Assembly (NCBI GenBank): GCA_017450965.1
Contig: JAFSSQ010000022.1
Coordinates: 232-64,231, forward strand
DNA from: Clostridia bacterium
GTDB taxonomy: Bacteria; Bacillota; Clostridia; Oscillospirales; CAG-272
DNA: 64,000 nt
Reading direction: 5' to 3'
Position numbers and translations under genes: made by a program. Below are positions 1 through 9,374 of this stretch, one piece after another. Under the pieces are notes generated by a model that ran no database searches, had not been told where the DNA came from, and worked only from the letters and a program-made list of their open reading frames with translations. Position 1 is the stretch's first letter; every line of letters starts with the position of its first letter.

Positions 1-12
1 GTCCTCTCTTTT

Positions 13-537
13 TCATTCCCGTACGGCGATCTGGCAGCTTTTCATCGTGTCGAGCGCCGCCGCGTGCTTTTGCGGCGTCACGCCCGCGCAGCAGCGCGCG
101 TCCACCGAGACCGGTGTTTCGGGCAGAAACGCCTTGATCGTCAGGGCGTTGGAGACGACGCAGATGTCGGTGCAGAGCCCGATCAGCTCCACTTCTCCGA
201 TCTCCCCCTCCCGCTCCCGCAGATAGGCGGCGAGCGCGGTGGAGCCGAAGGTCTTTTTGTCAAAGACGAGGGCGTTCTTTTTTTCGACCAGATCGGCCAG
301 CTCCGGCGCGATCTCCCAGCCGGGCGTGCCCTTCACGCAATGCACAACGGGGAGGAGCCGTCCCTCCTGCGTCGAGAGATAGTCGGGCGCGTGCGTGTCC
401 CGCGTGAAGATCACCGGCCCCTCGTGGGCGAGGATCTTTTCCCGCGCCGCGGGCAGGATCGCCTTTGCCTCCGGCGAGCCGAGGGCTCCGGTCACAAAAT
501 CGTTTTGCAGATCCACCGCGATCAGATAGTGTTCCAT
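13..537 (-). CDS. Isochorismatase-family cysteine hydrolase (nicotinamidase/pyrazinamidase-like)
   Basis: 174-aa ORF; AVDLQNDF near the N-terminus and catalytic-Cys context GLCTDICV are hallmarks of the isochorismatase/PncA fold. Confidence 0.8.
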   Translation of the reverse strand: MEHYLIAVDLQNDFVTGALGSPEAKAILPAAREKILAHEGPVIFTRDTHAPDYLSTQEGRLLPVVHCVKGTPGWEIAPELADLVEKKNALVFDKKTFGSTALAAYLREREGEIGEVELIGLCTDICVVSNALTIKAFLPETPVSVDARCCAGVTPQKHAAALDTMKSCQIAVRE

Positions 538-681
538 ACGATCATCTCCTTTTTTATCCTGCTCTTATTGTGCCACAGATCAGAGAAAAAAGCAAGTTCG
601 CTCCGGACAATTTGAGGCAAAACTTGATTTTCCGGAAAAAGAATGATAAAATAAGGAAAAAACAGGAAAGGAAGAGTTGCT

Positions 682-1950
682 TTGACGATAGAAGAACTGC
701 TCGGCGAGATCGCCGCGACCCCCACCGCCTATCACGCCGCCGCCCGGATCCGCGCGCGGCTGGAGGAGGCGGGATACGAGGAGGCGGGCGAAACGCTCCT
801 TCCCGGCAAAAACTATTTTGTTCCTCTCTACGGTTCCGCTCTGGCGGCGTTCCGCCTGCCGGAGAAGACGCCGGACGGATTCGTGATCGCCGCCGCGCAC
901 GCGGACTCCCCCTGCTTCCGGATCCGGGACGCGGCGGAGCTGCCGGGCGGCCCTTACCTCAGTCTCTCCGCCGAGCGTTACGGCGGGATGATCCACGAGA
1001 GCTGGCTCGATCTCCCGCTTTCGGTCGCCGGGCGGGTCTTCTGTCGCGCCGGGCACGGCGTGGAGGCGCGGCTCGTCGACTTCCGGCGCGATACCGCGCT
1101 CATTCCCCGCGTCGCCATCCACCTCAACCACGAGGCAAACAACGGCGCCAAGGCCGATCCCGCCCGGGATCTGATCCCGCTTTACGGACTTTCCTCCTCC
1201 GCCGGGTCCTTCGGGGAGGAGCTCGCCCGCGAGGCGGGCGTTGCCCGGGAGGAGATCGTATCGACCGATCTCTTTCTCTACAATCGCCGCGCCGGGACCG
1301 TCTGGGGGGCGAGAGGCGAGTTCTTTTCCGCCCCGCGGCTCGACGATCTCGCCTGCGTTTACACCTGTCTTGAGGCGTTCCTCACGGCCAAACCCGCGGC
1401 CTGTGTCCCCGTTCTCGCCGTTTTCGACAACGAGGAGATCGGCTCGTTGACCAAACAGGGCGCCATGAGCGCGTTTTTGCCGGGTCTGCTCTCCCGTATC
1501 GCCGCGGCGTACGGTGCGCCGCTCTCCCGTCTGCTCGCCTCGTCTCTAGCGCTCTCCTGCGATAACGGACACGCCAGACACCCCAACCGCCCGGAGCTCG
1601 CCGACCGCAGCGAGGCGCCGGTCCTCGGCGGCGGTCCGGTCGTCAAGCATTCGCCGCGCTACGCAACGGACGGCCTTTCCGCTGCGCTCTTCACGGGAGT
1701 CTGCCGCCGCCGCGGGATCCCATGCCAGAACTATTCCAACCGCCCCGATCAGCCGGGCGGCTCCACCATCGGCAATATGCTCTCGGCATTTACCCCGGTC
1801 AGCGCCGCGGATATCGGGATCGCGCAGCTCGCGATGCACTCCGCCTACGAGACGGCGGCGGTCGCGGACGTCTGCTCGTTTACCGACGCGGTCCGCGCCT
1901 GCTACGAAACCTCCTTCGCGATCTCCGGCTCCTCGGCGGAGATCCTCTGA
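682..1950 (+). CDS. M18-family aminopeptidase
   Basis: 422 aa, TTG start after GGAAAGGAAG; AAAHADSPCF and DNEEIGS motifs typical of M18 (aspartyl) aminopeptidases. Confidence 0.8.
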   Translation: MTIEELLGEIAATPTAYHAAARIRARLEEAGYEEAGETLLPGKNYFVPLYGSALAAFRLPEKTPDGFVIAAAHADSPCFRIRDAAELPGGPYLSLSAERYGGMIHESWLDLPLSVAGRVFCRAGHGVEARLVDFRRDTALIPRVAIHLNHEANNGAKADPARDLIPLYGLSSSAGSFGEELAREAGVAREEIVSTDLFLYNRRAGTVWGARGEFFSAPRLDDLACVYTCLEAFLTAKPAACVPVLAVFDNEEIGSLTKQGAMSAFLPGLLSRIAAAYGAPLSRLLASSLALSCDNGHARHPNRPELADRSEAPVLGGGPVVKHSPRYATDGLSAALFTGVCRRRGIPCQNYSNRPDQPGGSTIGNMLSAFTPVSAADIGIAQLAMHSAYETAAVADVCSFTDAVRACYETSFAISGSSAEIL

Positions 1951-1986
1951 AAAACCGCCTTTTTCTCCCCGGAAAAACGAACGAAA

Positions 1987-2023
1987 ATACCGGACTGCCG
2001 CGGCAGTCCGGTATCGGTTTTTT
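1987..2023. terminator. Bidirectional intrinsic terminator between convergent genes
   Basis: Perfect hairpin ATACCGGACTGCCG/CGGCAGTCCGGTAT followed by a T-run; A-rich on the other side. Confidence 0.75.
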
Positions 2024-2041
2024 GCGGCGTTTCCGGCGGGA

Positions 2042-3133
2042 TCAGGAAAAGAAGATCCGCTCGCCGCTTTTCCGATCAAAGAGGAAGACCTTGTTTTTTT
2101 TGAGGGAAAAACGGACGGTCTCCGCCGCGGGGTCGATCCGGCTCCCGGAGGAGAGGATCGCGCGGATGTTGGAGGAGGCGGCGGGGTGGGAGGAGATCAC
2201 GGAGAGATCGCGCCCCATCACGTTCACGCCGATAAAACGGCAGCAAAGCGGTCCCGCTTCGTCGGGGGAAAAGCCCTCCGGGCGGATCCCGACGGTAACG
2301 TCCCCGTCCGGCGCGCCGGCGACTGGGAGAACGGCGTCTTCTCCGATCAAGAGCGTTTTGCCCCGGACCGAGCCCTCAAAAACGTTGATCGGCGGCGTGC
2401 CGAGGAACTTGGCGACAAAGAGATTGACGGGCGAGTCGTACACGTCCTGCGGACGGCCGATCTGCTGGACGACGCCCTTGTCCATCACCGCGATCAGATC
2501 GGAGATGCTCATCGCCTCCTCCTGATCGTGGGTGACGAAGACGGTCGTGATCGCCGTTTCCCGCTGGATGCGGCTGATCTCCTCCCGCGTCTGCAGGCGC
2601 AGGCGCGCGTCGAGGTTGGAGAGCGGCTCGTCGAGCAGGAGGATGCGCGGCGTTTTCACCAGCGCCCGGGCGATCGCCACCCTCTGCTGCTGGCCGCCGG
2701 ACATTTCGCCCGGCTTGCGGTCAAGCAGCTCTTCGATCTGCACGAGCCGGGCGGCCTTCCCGACCCGCGCGAGCATTTCTTCTTTGGAGAGTTTTTCCGC
2801 TCCCCGGAGGTTTTCCAGCGGGAAGAGGATATTCTGCCGCACGGTCATGTGCGGGTAGAGCGCGTACTGCTGGAACACCATCCCCACGCCGCGCCGTTCG
2901 GGCGGCAGGCCGGTCACGTCCTCCCCGTCGAAGAGGATCCGGCCGGCGCTCGGCTTTTCGAGCCCGCAGATCAGATTGAGGACGGTGCTTTTCCCGCAGC
3001 CGGAGGGGCCGAGCAGGGCGATCAGCTTTCCGTCCGGCAGGTCGAAGGTAAAGTCGCTGACCGCGGTCACGTCAGCGCCGCCTTTTTTGCGGGAGGGGAA
3101 GATCTTGGTCAGATGTTCAAGCGTAACTTTCAT
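2042..3133 (-). CDS. Sugar ABC transporter ATP-binding protein (MsmX/MalK/UgpC type)
   Basis: ORF 2042..3292 trimmed to MKVTLEHL (ATG at 3133); Walker A GPSGCGKST, signature LSGGQQQRVAIARAL, Walker B LLLDEPLSNLD, MalK-type C-terminal domain. Confidence 0.9.
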   Translation of the reverse strand: MKVTLEHLTKIFPSRKKGGADVTAVSDFTFDLPDGKLIALLGPSGCGKSTVLNLICGLEKPSAGRILFDGEDVTGLPPERRGVGMVFQQYALYPHMTVRQNILFPLENLRGAEKLSKEEMLARVGKAARLVQIEELLDRKPGEMSGGQQQRVAIARALVKTPRILLLDEPLSNLDARLRLQTREEISRIQRETAITTVFVTHDQEEAMSISDLIAVMDKGVVQQIGRPQDVYDSPVNLFVAKFLGTPPINVFEGSVRGKTLLIGEDAVLPVAGAPDGDVTVGIRPEGFSPDEAGPLCCRFIGVNVMGRDLSVISSHPAASSNIRAILSSGSRIDPAAETVRFSLKKNKVFLFDRKSGERIFFS

Positions 3134-3241
3134 CGCGTTTTCCTTTTTCGCTTTTGGCAAAGTGCCGAAAATACAAGAAAAGGATACCACGTTTTTCTCC
3201 TTCTGTAAAGTGGAAAAATGAAAAAAAGGGGGTGCGCTTTG

Positions 3242-3270
3242 TTGACAAAAAAAGGCAAAAGGACTACAAT
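3242..3270 (+). promoter_or_regulatory. Sigma-A-type promoter for the permease/SBP operon
   Basis: TTGACA (3242-3247), 17-nt spacer, TACAAT (3265-3270), 35 nt before ATG 3306. Confidence 0.6.
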
Positions 3271-3305
3271 AAAAGCGTACCGACGCGCACAAAGAAAGGC
3301 TTGAT

Positions 3306-4196
3306 ATGGAACGAAACGACCGGAAAGGCTGGCTCTATCTGCTGCCCGCGATCCTTTTTCTCGGTTTTTTCCTGGTTTACCCCCTCGTCGACGTGTTTAT
3401 CTATTCCTTCGAGGAGGGGTATCACTCCGCCTCGCAGACCTACACGGGCGTGGGGCTTTATAACTATTCCTACGTTCTGCGCGACCCTTACTTTCTGCAG
3501 GCGCTCAAAAACACCGTCCTGCTCGTTCTCATCACCGTTCCGCTTTCCACGGGGCTGGCGCTTTTCATCTCGCTCGGGCTTTCCTCGCTCAAAAAACTGC
3601 GCGGCCTCTATCAGACGGTGTATTTTCTCCCCTACGTGACGAACACCCTCGCCGTCGGGCTCGTTTTCATGATTCTCTTCAAGCCGACGCCGTACAGCGA
3701 CGGGCTGGTCAATCTCTTTATCGGGATATTCGGCGGGGACGCGGTGGACTTTATCAACGGTCCCTACTGGGCGAAGATGTTCGTGCTTTGCTTCTACGTC
3801 GTCTGGATCGTCCTCCCCTTCAAGATCCTCATCCTCACAAGCGCCCTCGCCTCGGTCAATCCCGCCTATTATAACGCCGCTAAGCTCGACGGCGCCTCCC
3901 GCTCCCGCGTGTTTGCCCGCATCACATTACCCTTGATCTCCCCCACCGTTTTTTATCTGATCATCACCGGCTTCATCGGCGCCTTCAAGGCGTACAGCGA
4001 CGCGGTCGCTCTGTTCGGCGTCGACCTCAACGCCGCGGGGATGAACACCATCGTCGGGTACGTTTACGATATGCTTTACGGCAACAGCGGCGGCTACCCC
4101 TCCTACGCGTCCGCCGCGGCGATCCTCCTGTTTGCGGTCGTCCTCACCGTGACCTGCGTCAACCTGCTGATCAGCAAAAAGCACGTGCATTATTAA
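3306..4196 (+). CDS. Sugar ABC transporter permease (MalF/UgpA type)
   Basis: 296 aa, multi-TM, EAA-loop-like AAKLDGASRSRVFARITLPL. Confidence 0.9.
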   Translation: MERNDRKGWLYLLPAILFLGFFLVYPLVDVFIYSFEEGYHSASQTYTGVGLYNYSYVLRDPYFLQALKNTVLLVLITVPLSTGLALFISLGLSSLKKLRGLYQTVYFLPYVTNTLAVGLVFMILFKPTPYSDGLVNLFIGIFGGDAVDFINGPYWAKMFVLCFYVVWIVLPFKILILTSALASVNPAYYNAAKLDGASRSRVFARITLPLISPTVFYLIITGFIGAFKAYSDAVALFGVDLNAAGMNTIVGYVYDMLYGNSGGYPSYASAAAILLFAVVLTVTCVNLLISKKHVHY

Positions 4197-4205
4197 GGAG
4201 ACGGC

Positions 4206-5081
4206 ATGAAACAGATCCAAAAGACCGCCCCCGCCGCGAGGGAAGCGAAAAAAGGACCCGGCGTTCCGGGGATCCTCGTCGGTTGTTTTCTCACCCTCTG
4301 GGCGCTGATCGTTCTCTTTCCCTTTTACTGGATGATCCTTACCTCCGTGAAAAGCTACGGCTCCTACAACGCCGAATATATCCCGAAGTTCTTTACCCTC
4401 TCGCCCACCCTGCAAAACTACCGGGACGCCTTTACCGCCGTTTCGCTCGGGCGCTACTTTCTCAACACCCTGATCTTTACCGCCGTGACGACCGCGCTGA
4501 TGCTCGCCGTCATCACGCTGGCGGCGTTCGCCTTCGCGCGGCTGCGCTTCCGCGGACGGGACCTCGTTTTCACGCTCTTTCTCGCTTTGATGATGATCCC
4601 GAACGAGCTGGTCGTGATCACCAACTTCGTCACGGTCACCGACCTCGGACTGCGCAATACCTTTACCGGACTGATCCTGCCTTCCGTTACCTCGGTCTTT
4701 TATATCTATCTTCTGCGGGAGAACTTTGCCCAGATCCCGGACGATCTCTATTACGCCGCCAAGGTGGACGGGACCACCGATCTGCGCTATCTCTTCCGCG
4801 TGATGATCCCGATGTGCCGTCCCACCCTCGTTACCGTGGCGATCCTCAAGATCATCGAATGCTGGAACGCCTACGTCTGGCCCCGCCTGATCACCGACGA
4901 CGAGCGGTACTTCCTCGTTTCCAACGGCATCCAGGAGATCCGGGAAAACGGCTTCGGCCGCGAGAACGTCCCCGCGATGATGGCGGCGGTCGTCGTCATT
5001 TCCGTTCCGCTCGTCGTCCTTTTCCTCGTCTTCCGGCGCAAGGTGATGGAGGGCGTGTCGAGAGGAGGGCTGAAGGGATGA
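4206..5081 (+). CDS. Sugar ABC transporter permease (MalG/UgpE type)
   Basis: 291 aa, multi-TM, EAA loop AAKVDGTTDLRYLFRVMIPM; 9-nt gap after the upstream permease. Confidence 0.9.
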   Translation: MKQIQKTAPAAREAKKGPGVPGILVGCFLTLWALIVLFPFYWMILTSVKSYGSYNAEYIPKFFTLSPTLQNYRDAFTAVSLGRYFLNTLIFTAVTTALMLAVITLAAFAFARLRFRGRDLVFTLFLALMMIPNELVVITNFVTVTDLGLRNTFTGLILPSVTSVFYIYLLRENFAQIPDDLYYAAKVDGTTDLRYLFRVMIPMCRPTLVTVAILKIIECWNAYVWPRLITDDERYFLVSNGIQEIRENGFGRENVPAMMAAVVVISVPLVVLFLVFRRKVMEGVSRGGLKG

Positions 5082-6679
5082 AAAAACGGATCCTTTCCCT
5101 CGCCGTCCTCGCCGCGCTTCTGCTGCCGGCGCTCCTCTCCTGCCACGGCTCCCGCGAGAGCCGCGCTTTCGAGCTGCCGGAGCGTTTCGATGCGGAGGGA
5201 CGGTACGAGATCACCTTCTGGGCGAAAAACGATACCAACAAAACACAGGCGGAGATCTACGCCAAAGCGATCGCGGATTTCGAGGCGCTTTACCCCGAGA
5301 TCCGGGTCACGCTCCGTTCCTATACCGACTACGGGCAGATCTACAACGACGTGATCACCAATCTCGCCACCGGCACGACTCCGCATATCTGCGTGACCTA
5401 CCCCGACCATATCGCCACCTACCTCACGGGGGAGAACACCGTCGTCCCGCTCGACGGGCTGATGGCGGACGAACGCTACGGGCTCGGCGGGTCGGAGGTG
5501 CGCTTCTCCTCGCCGAAAAAGGAGGAGATCGTCGAAAAGTTCCTCGGCGAGTGTTCCTTCGCGGGCGGCACCTACGCGCTGCCCTTTATGCGCTCCACCG
5601 AGGCGTGCTATATCAACAAGACCTATGTGGAAAAGCTCGGCTATACCCTGCCGGAGACCCTGACCTGGGATTTTGTGTGGGAGGTCTCGGAGGCGGCGAT
5701 GAAGAAGGACGGGGAGGGGAACTTCCTTGTCAACGGCCAGAAGGTGATGATCCCCTTCATCTACAAGTCCACCGATAATATGACCATCACCTGGCTTGCG
5801 CAGAAAGACGCGCCCTATTCCACTTCCGCAGGGGAGATCGGGATCTTCAGCGGGGAGACGGAGGCCTTTCTCCGCGAGGTGGCGGAGCACGCCGCGACCG
5901 GCGCCTTCTCCACCTTCAAGATCTCCAGCTATCCCGCCAACTTCCTCAACGCCGGTCAGTGCATCTTCGCCGTCGACTCGACCGCCGGTTCGACCTGGAT
6001 GGGGTCGGACGCGCCGCTGGTCGATATCGACCGGGAGCGGATCGTCCCCTTCGAGACCGCGGTCATGACCGTTCCCCAGCTTGATCCGGCGGATCCGAAG
6101 ATGATCTCGCAGGGACCGTCTCTCTGCCTCTTCGGCAAGGAGGATCCGCAGGAGGTGCTTGCTTCCTGGCTCTTTTTGCAGTTTCTTCTGACAAACGACG
6201 TGCAGATCGCGTATTCCCAAACGGAGGGGTATCTTCCCGTCACGGAAAAGGCGCTTGCCGATCCCGACTACCAGAACTATCTCTCCCGCGCGGGGGAGGA
6301 CAACGCCCTCTATTATCCCGTCAAGATCGCCGCCGTCCGTCTTTTGATGGAGAACATCGACCGCACCTTCGTCACCCCGGTCTTCAACGGCTCCGCCTCC
6401 TTGCGGGACGCGGCGGGTCAGCTGGTCGAAAACGTCGTGAAATCCGCCCGCCGCAAGGAGACGGTCGACGACGCGTATTTCAAAAAGCTTTACCGGGACG
6501 TTTCCGCGCTTAAAAAGCTCGACCGGATCGGCAAGCCCATCGGCGGGGATCTGGGTCCGCTGCCGAAAACCTCGGTCCTTTTCCTCTCTCTGCTCGGCGC
6601 GGTCTGGGCGGGGCTCGCGGCGGCGTTTTTGATCGGAAAAGCCCGGGAAAAGCGCAGGAAAAACAAAAGAAGCTCTTGA
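5078..6679 (+). CDS. Extracellular solute-binding lipoprotein of the ABC importer, with an extra C-terminal TM helix
   Basis: ORF 4283..6679 trimmed to MKKRILSLAVLAALLLPALLSC (ATG 5078, ATGA overlap with permease stop); lipobox LLSC; C-terminal SVLFLSLLGAVWAGLAAAFLIG + KAREKRRKNKR tail. Confidence 0.85.
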   Translation: MKKRILSLAVLAALLLPALLSCHGSRESRAFELPERFDAEGRYEITFWAKNDTNKTQAEIYAKAIADFEALYPEIRVTLRSYTDYGQIYNDVITNLATGTTPHICVTYPDHIATYLTGENTVVPLDGLMADERYGLGGSEVRFSSPKKEEIVEKFLGECSFAGGTYALPFMRSTEACYINKTYVEKLGYTLPETLTWDFVWEVSEAAMKKDGEGNFLVNGQKVMIPFIYKSTDNMTITWLAQKDAPYSTSAGEIGIFSGETEAFLREVAEHAATGAFSTFKISSYPANFLNAGQCIFAVDSTAGSTWMGSDAPLVDIDRERIVPFETAVMTVPQLDPADPKMISQGPSLCLFGKEDPQEVLASWLFLQFLLTNDVQIAYSQTEGYLPVTEKALADPDYQNYLSRAGEDNALYYPVKIAAVRLLMENIDRTFVTPVFNGSASLRDAAGQLVENVVKSARRKETVDDAYFKKLYRDVSALKKLDRIGKPIGGDLGPLPKTSVLFLSLLGAVWAGLAAAFLIGKAREKRRKNKRSS

Positions 6680-6771
6680 AAAAACAAAGTCCCCGTGTTA
6701 TAATGCGTGGGAAGGAACACCCTTTATCAAAAAAATTTCCGGTTGGAACCGGATAAAAGGAGATGGAAAAC

Positions 6772-7506
6772 ATGAAAAAGGTTTGGATCCTCGTTTTGGC
6801 GTTCGTTCTCGCGGCAGTTTCGCTGAGCGCCTGCGCAAAGAAGGAGGACGGCGTGATGTCCTACGCCGAGTTTGAGGCGGCCGCTCTGCAGACGAGCGTT
6901 ACGGTGGACACCTACGTTCAGGCCAAACAGGGCTGGTGGGAGAATGAAGGCGTCGGCGTAGCGTCCTTCTACACCCAGAATGAAGACGGCGCGTACTTTC
7001 TCTACAATATGCCGTGCAGCAGGGAAGACTACGACAAACTCGTCCCCGGCACCAAGATCCGCGTGACGGGGATCAAGGCGATGTGGCCCGAGGTCAACGG
7101 CGAGGTCGAGATCACCGAGGCGACTTACAAGATCGATACCTCCAAGACCTGGATCGCCTCCGCGAAGGACGTGACCTCTCTCCTCGGGACCGACGATCTG
7201 GTCAAGGAGATGAACAAGTTTGTCGCCTTCAAGGGCATGACCGTGGAGAAGTACAACGACGACGGCGCCGCCTTCAATTATAAGTGGGACGGCTCCGGCA
7301 AGCAGGGCGACGATCTTTACTTCAAGGTCTCCGTCGGCGGCAAGACCTACACCTTCACCGTCGAGTCCTACCTCTGCGGCAAGGATACCGACGTCTACAA
7401 AGCGGTCGAAGCGCTCAAGGTCGGCGATAAGATCGACATGGAGGGCTTCCTCTACTGGTACGAGGGCGCCAACCCCCACATCACCTCCGTTACCGCCGCG
7501 AAGTAA
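6772..7506 (+). CDS. Lipoprotein of unknown function (two beta-rich OB-like repeats)
   Basis: Signal peptide with lipobox LSAC; second ATG (6772) lies 9 nt after AAGGAG; no family recognised. Confidence 0.6.
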   Translation: MKKVWILVLAFVLAAVSLSACAKKEDGVMSYAEFEAAALQTSVTVDTYVQAKQGWWENEGVGVASFYTQNEDGAYFLYNMPCSREDYDKLVPGTKIRVTGIKAMWPEVNGEVEITEATYKIDTSKTWIASAKDVTSLLGTDDLVKEMNKFVAFKGMTVEKYNDDGAAFNYKWDGSGKQGDDLYFKVSVGGKTYTFTVESYLCGKDTDVYKAVEALKVGDKIDMEGFLYWYEGANPHITSVTAAK

Positions 7507-7519
7507 AACTCTGCAAACG

Positions 7520-7549
7520 AAAAGGACTGCCGTTCGGCAGTCCTTTTTC
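7520..7549 (+). terminator. Intrinsic terminator after the lipoprotein gene
   Basis: AGGACTGCCG/CGGCAGTCCT hairpin followed by TTTTT. Confidence 0.8.
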
Positions 7550-7615
7550 TCTTGCCTTTTCCGGCAAAAAAGGGTAAAATAAAATCAATGGAACAAAAAG
7601 GGAAAGGAGTGCGCT

Positions 7616-8284
7616 ATGGCAAGGATCCTGTTGGTCGAGGACGACGAGAGCATCGTTTCCTCTCTTTCCGCCTTTCTTGCGGGAGAGGGGTTTGAGACGG
7701 AGCACGCGGACGGCAGACGCGCGGCGCTCCGGCGGCTCGGGGAGGAGACATTCGATCTTGTCCTGCTCGACGTGCTGCTGCGGGACGGGGACGGGTTTTC
7801 CCTCTGCCGCGAGATACGGGAGCGGTATCTCCTTCCCGTGATCTTCCTGACCGCGTCGGGCGACGAGGGCAGCACCGTCAGCGGGCTGGAGCTCGGCGCG
7901 GAGGACTACGTGGCAAAGCCCTTCCGTCCGCGGGAGCTGCTCTCGCGGATCCGCGGCGTTCTCCGCCGCTGCGGGAAGGAGAACCGGGTGATCGCGCTGG
8001 GACGGGTCTTCGTGGATACCGACCGCGGCGCCGCAACAAAGGACGGCGAGCCGCTGCCTCTTTCCGCGCTCGAATACCGGATCCTGCTCACCTTTGCTCA
8101 GAACAAGGGCAAGCTCCTCTCCCGGGAGCGCCTGCTTGACGAGATCTGGGACGCGGCGGGAGATTTTGTCAACGACAACACCCTCACCGTCTATATCAAA
8201 CGCCTGCGGGAGAAAATCGAGGACGATCCCGCCTCGCCCTCGATCATCAAAACGGTGCGGGGACTCGGGTATCGGGTGGATTGA
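7616..8284 (+). CDS. OmpR/PhoB-family response regulator (BceR-like)
   Basis: Receiver motifs (LLVEDDE, DLVLLDVLL, KPF) and winged-helix C-terminus (TVRGLGYRV). Confidence 0.9.
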   Translation: MARILLVEDDESIVSSLSAFLAGEGFETEHADGRRAALRRLGEETFDLVLLDVLLRDGDGFSLCREIRERYLLPVIFLTASGDEGSTVSGLELGAEDYVAKPFRPRELLSRIRGVLRRCGKENRVIALGRVFVDTDRGAATKDGEPLPLSALEYRILLTFAQNKGKLLSRERLLDEIWDAAGDFVNDNTLTVYIKRLREKIEDDPASPSIIKTVRGLGYRVD

Positions 8285-8285
8285 G

Positions 8286-9287
8286 ATGAAATGGCTGAAA
8301 AATCCGGAGCTGCGTCTGCCGATGGTTCTCTTTTTTGCGGCAAGCCTCCTCTTTGCCGTTCTCGGCTTTTGGATCGATCTGCGCGCGGGGCTGCTGGTTT
8401 TGGCGACCGCCGCGGCCGCCTTTGCCGTTTTTGCGGTCGCAACGGCGCGGCGGTATCGGGCGATTGCCCTTCTCTCCGAGGAGCTTGACCGGATCCTCCA
8501 CGGAAGCGACCGCCTATTTCTTGCCGAGGAGGAAGGGGAGCTGGCGATCCTGAAAAGCGAGATCCGCAAGATGACGGTGCGCCTCTCGGAGCAGGCGGAC
8601 GCCCTGATCGCCGACCGAAGCCGCCTCAGCGACGCGCTTGCGGACATCTCCCATCAGCTTCGCACCCCGCTTACCTCGCTCGGCGTAACGGTCTCCCTGC
8701 TTTCAAAGGAGAACCTTACGCGAAAAAAGCAGACGGAGCTGCTCCGCTCGCTCAAGCGTTCGCTCAACCGGATCGATTGGCTGATCGACGCGCTCCTCAA
8801 GCTCTCCCGTATCGACGCGGGGACCGCGGTCTTCCGGCGGGAGAACGTCTCCGTCGCCGATCTGGCGTCGGCGGCGGCCGAGCCGCTTCTGCTTCTCGCG
8901 GAGGCAAAAGGGCAGCGGCTGATTATCTCGGTCGGGGAGGAGCGCTTCACAGGCGATCCTTTCTGGAGCGCGGAGGCGCTCGGCAACCTGCTCAAAAACT
9001 GCGTCGAGCATACGCCGGAGGGCGGGGAGATTTGCCTGATCGCCTCGGAAAATCCTCTTTATACCGAGATCATCGTGCGCGACAGCGGAGAGGGCTTTTC
9101 CCCCGAGGATTTGCCCCGGCTTTTCGAGCGCTTTTACCGGGGGCAAAATGCCTCCCCCGACAGCGTGGGCATCGGGCTTGCTCTTGCGCGGGAGATCGCC
9201 GCGGCGCAGAACGGCACCATCACGGCAAAAAACGCCGAAACCGGCGGCGCGGAGTTCACCCTCCGGTTTTACAAAAGCATCGTCTGA
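8286..9287 (+). CDS. Intramembrane-sensing histidine kinase (BceS-like)
   Basis: ORF trimmed to MKWLKNPEL (ATG 8286, 1 nt after RR stop); two N-terminal TMs with almost no external loop; H-box SHQLRTPLTS; N/G boxes NLLKNCVEHTP, DSGEGF, GIGLAL. Confidence 0.9.
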   Translation: MKWLKNPELRLPMVLFFAASLLFAVLGFWIDLRAGLLVLATAAAAFAVFAVATARRYRAIALLSEELDRILHGSDRLFLAEEEGELAILKSEIRKMTVRLSEQADALIADRSRLSDALADISHQLRTPLTSLGVTVSLLSKENLTRKKQTELLRSLKRSLNRIDWLIDALLKLSRIDAGTAVFRRENVSVADLASAAAEPLLLLAEAKGQRLIISVGEERFTGDPFWSAEALGNLLKNCVEHTPEGGEICLIASENPLYTEIIVRDSGEGFSPEDLPRLFERFYRGQNASPDSVGIGLALAREIAAAQNGTITAKNAETGGAEFTLRFYKSIV

Positions 9288-9290
9288 CGT

Positions 9291-9344
9291 CCCGGTGACA
9301 AATTTGCAAAAAGTCACCGGGATGTCATTTTTCTTTGTTATACT
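9291..9344 (+). promoter_or_regulatory. Inverted repeat plus weak -35 promoter upstream of the ABC genes (candidate RR-binding site and/or HK terminator)
   Basis: CCCGGTGAC (9291-9299) N13 GTCACCGGG (9313-9321); TATACT at 9339-9344 with a poor -35 (ACCGGG). Confidence 0.45.
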
Positions 9345-9374
9345 GGAAGAGAAAAAGCAAAAGGAGGGTTTCGG

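Noticed and set aside
4283-5077. 5' extensions of track ORFs (4283..5077 of the SBP ORF; also 8094..8285, 30076..30432, 25101..25334, 17475..17768, 43921..44097, 49259..49450)
   Set aside because: The extensions overlap the upstream gene in another frame and translate to R/P-rich nonsense. The family-typical N-termini begin at internal starts that have RBSs or stop-start overlaps.
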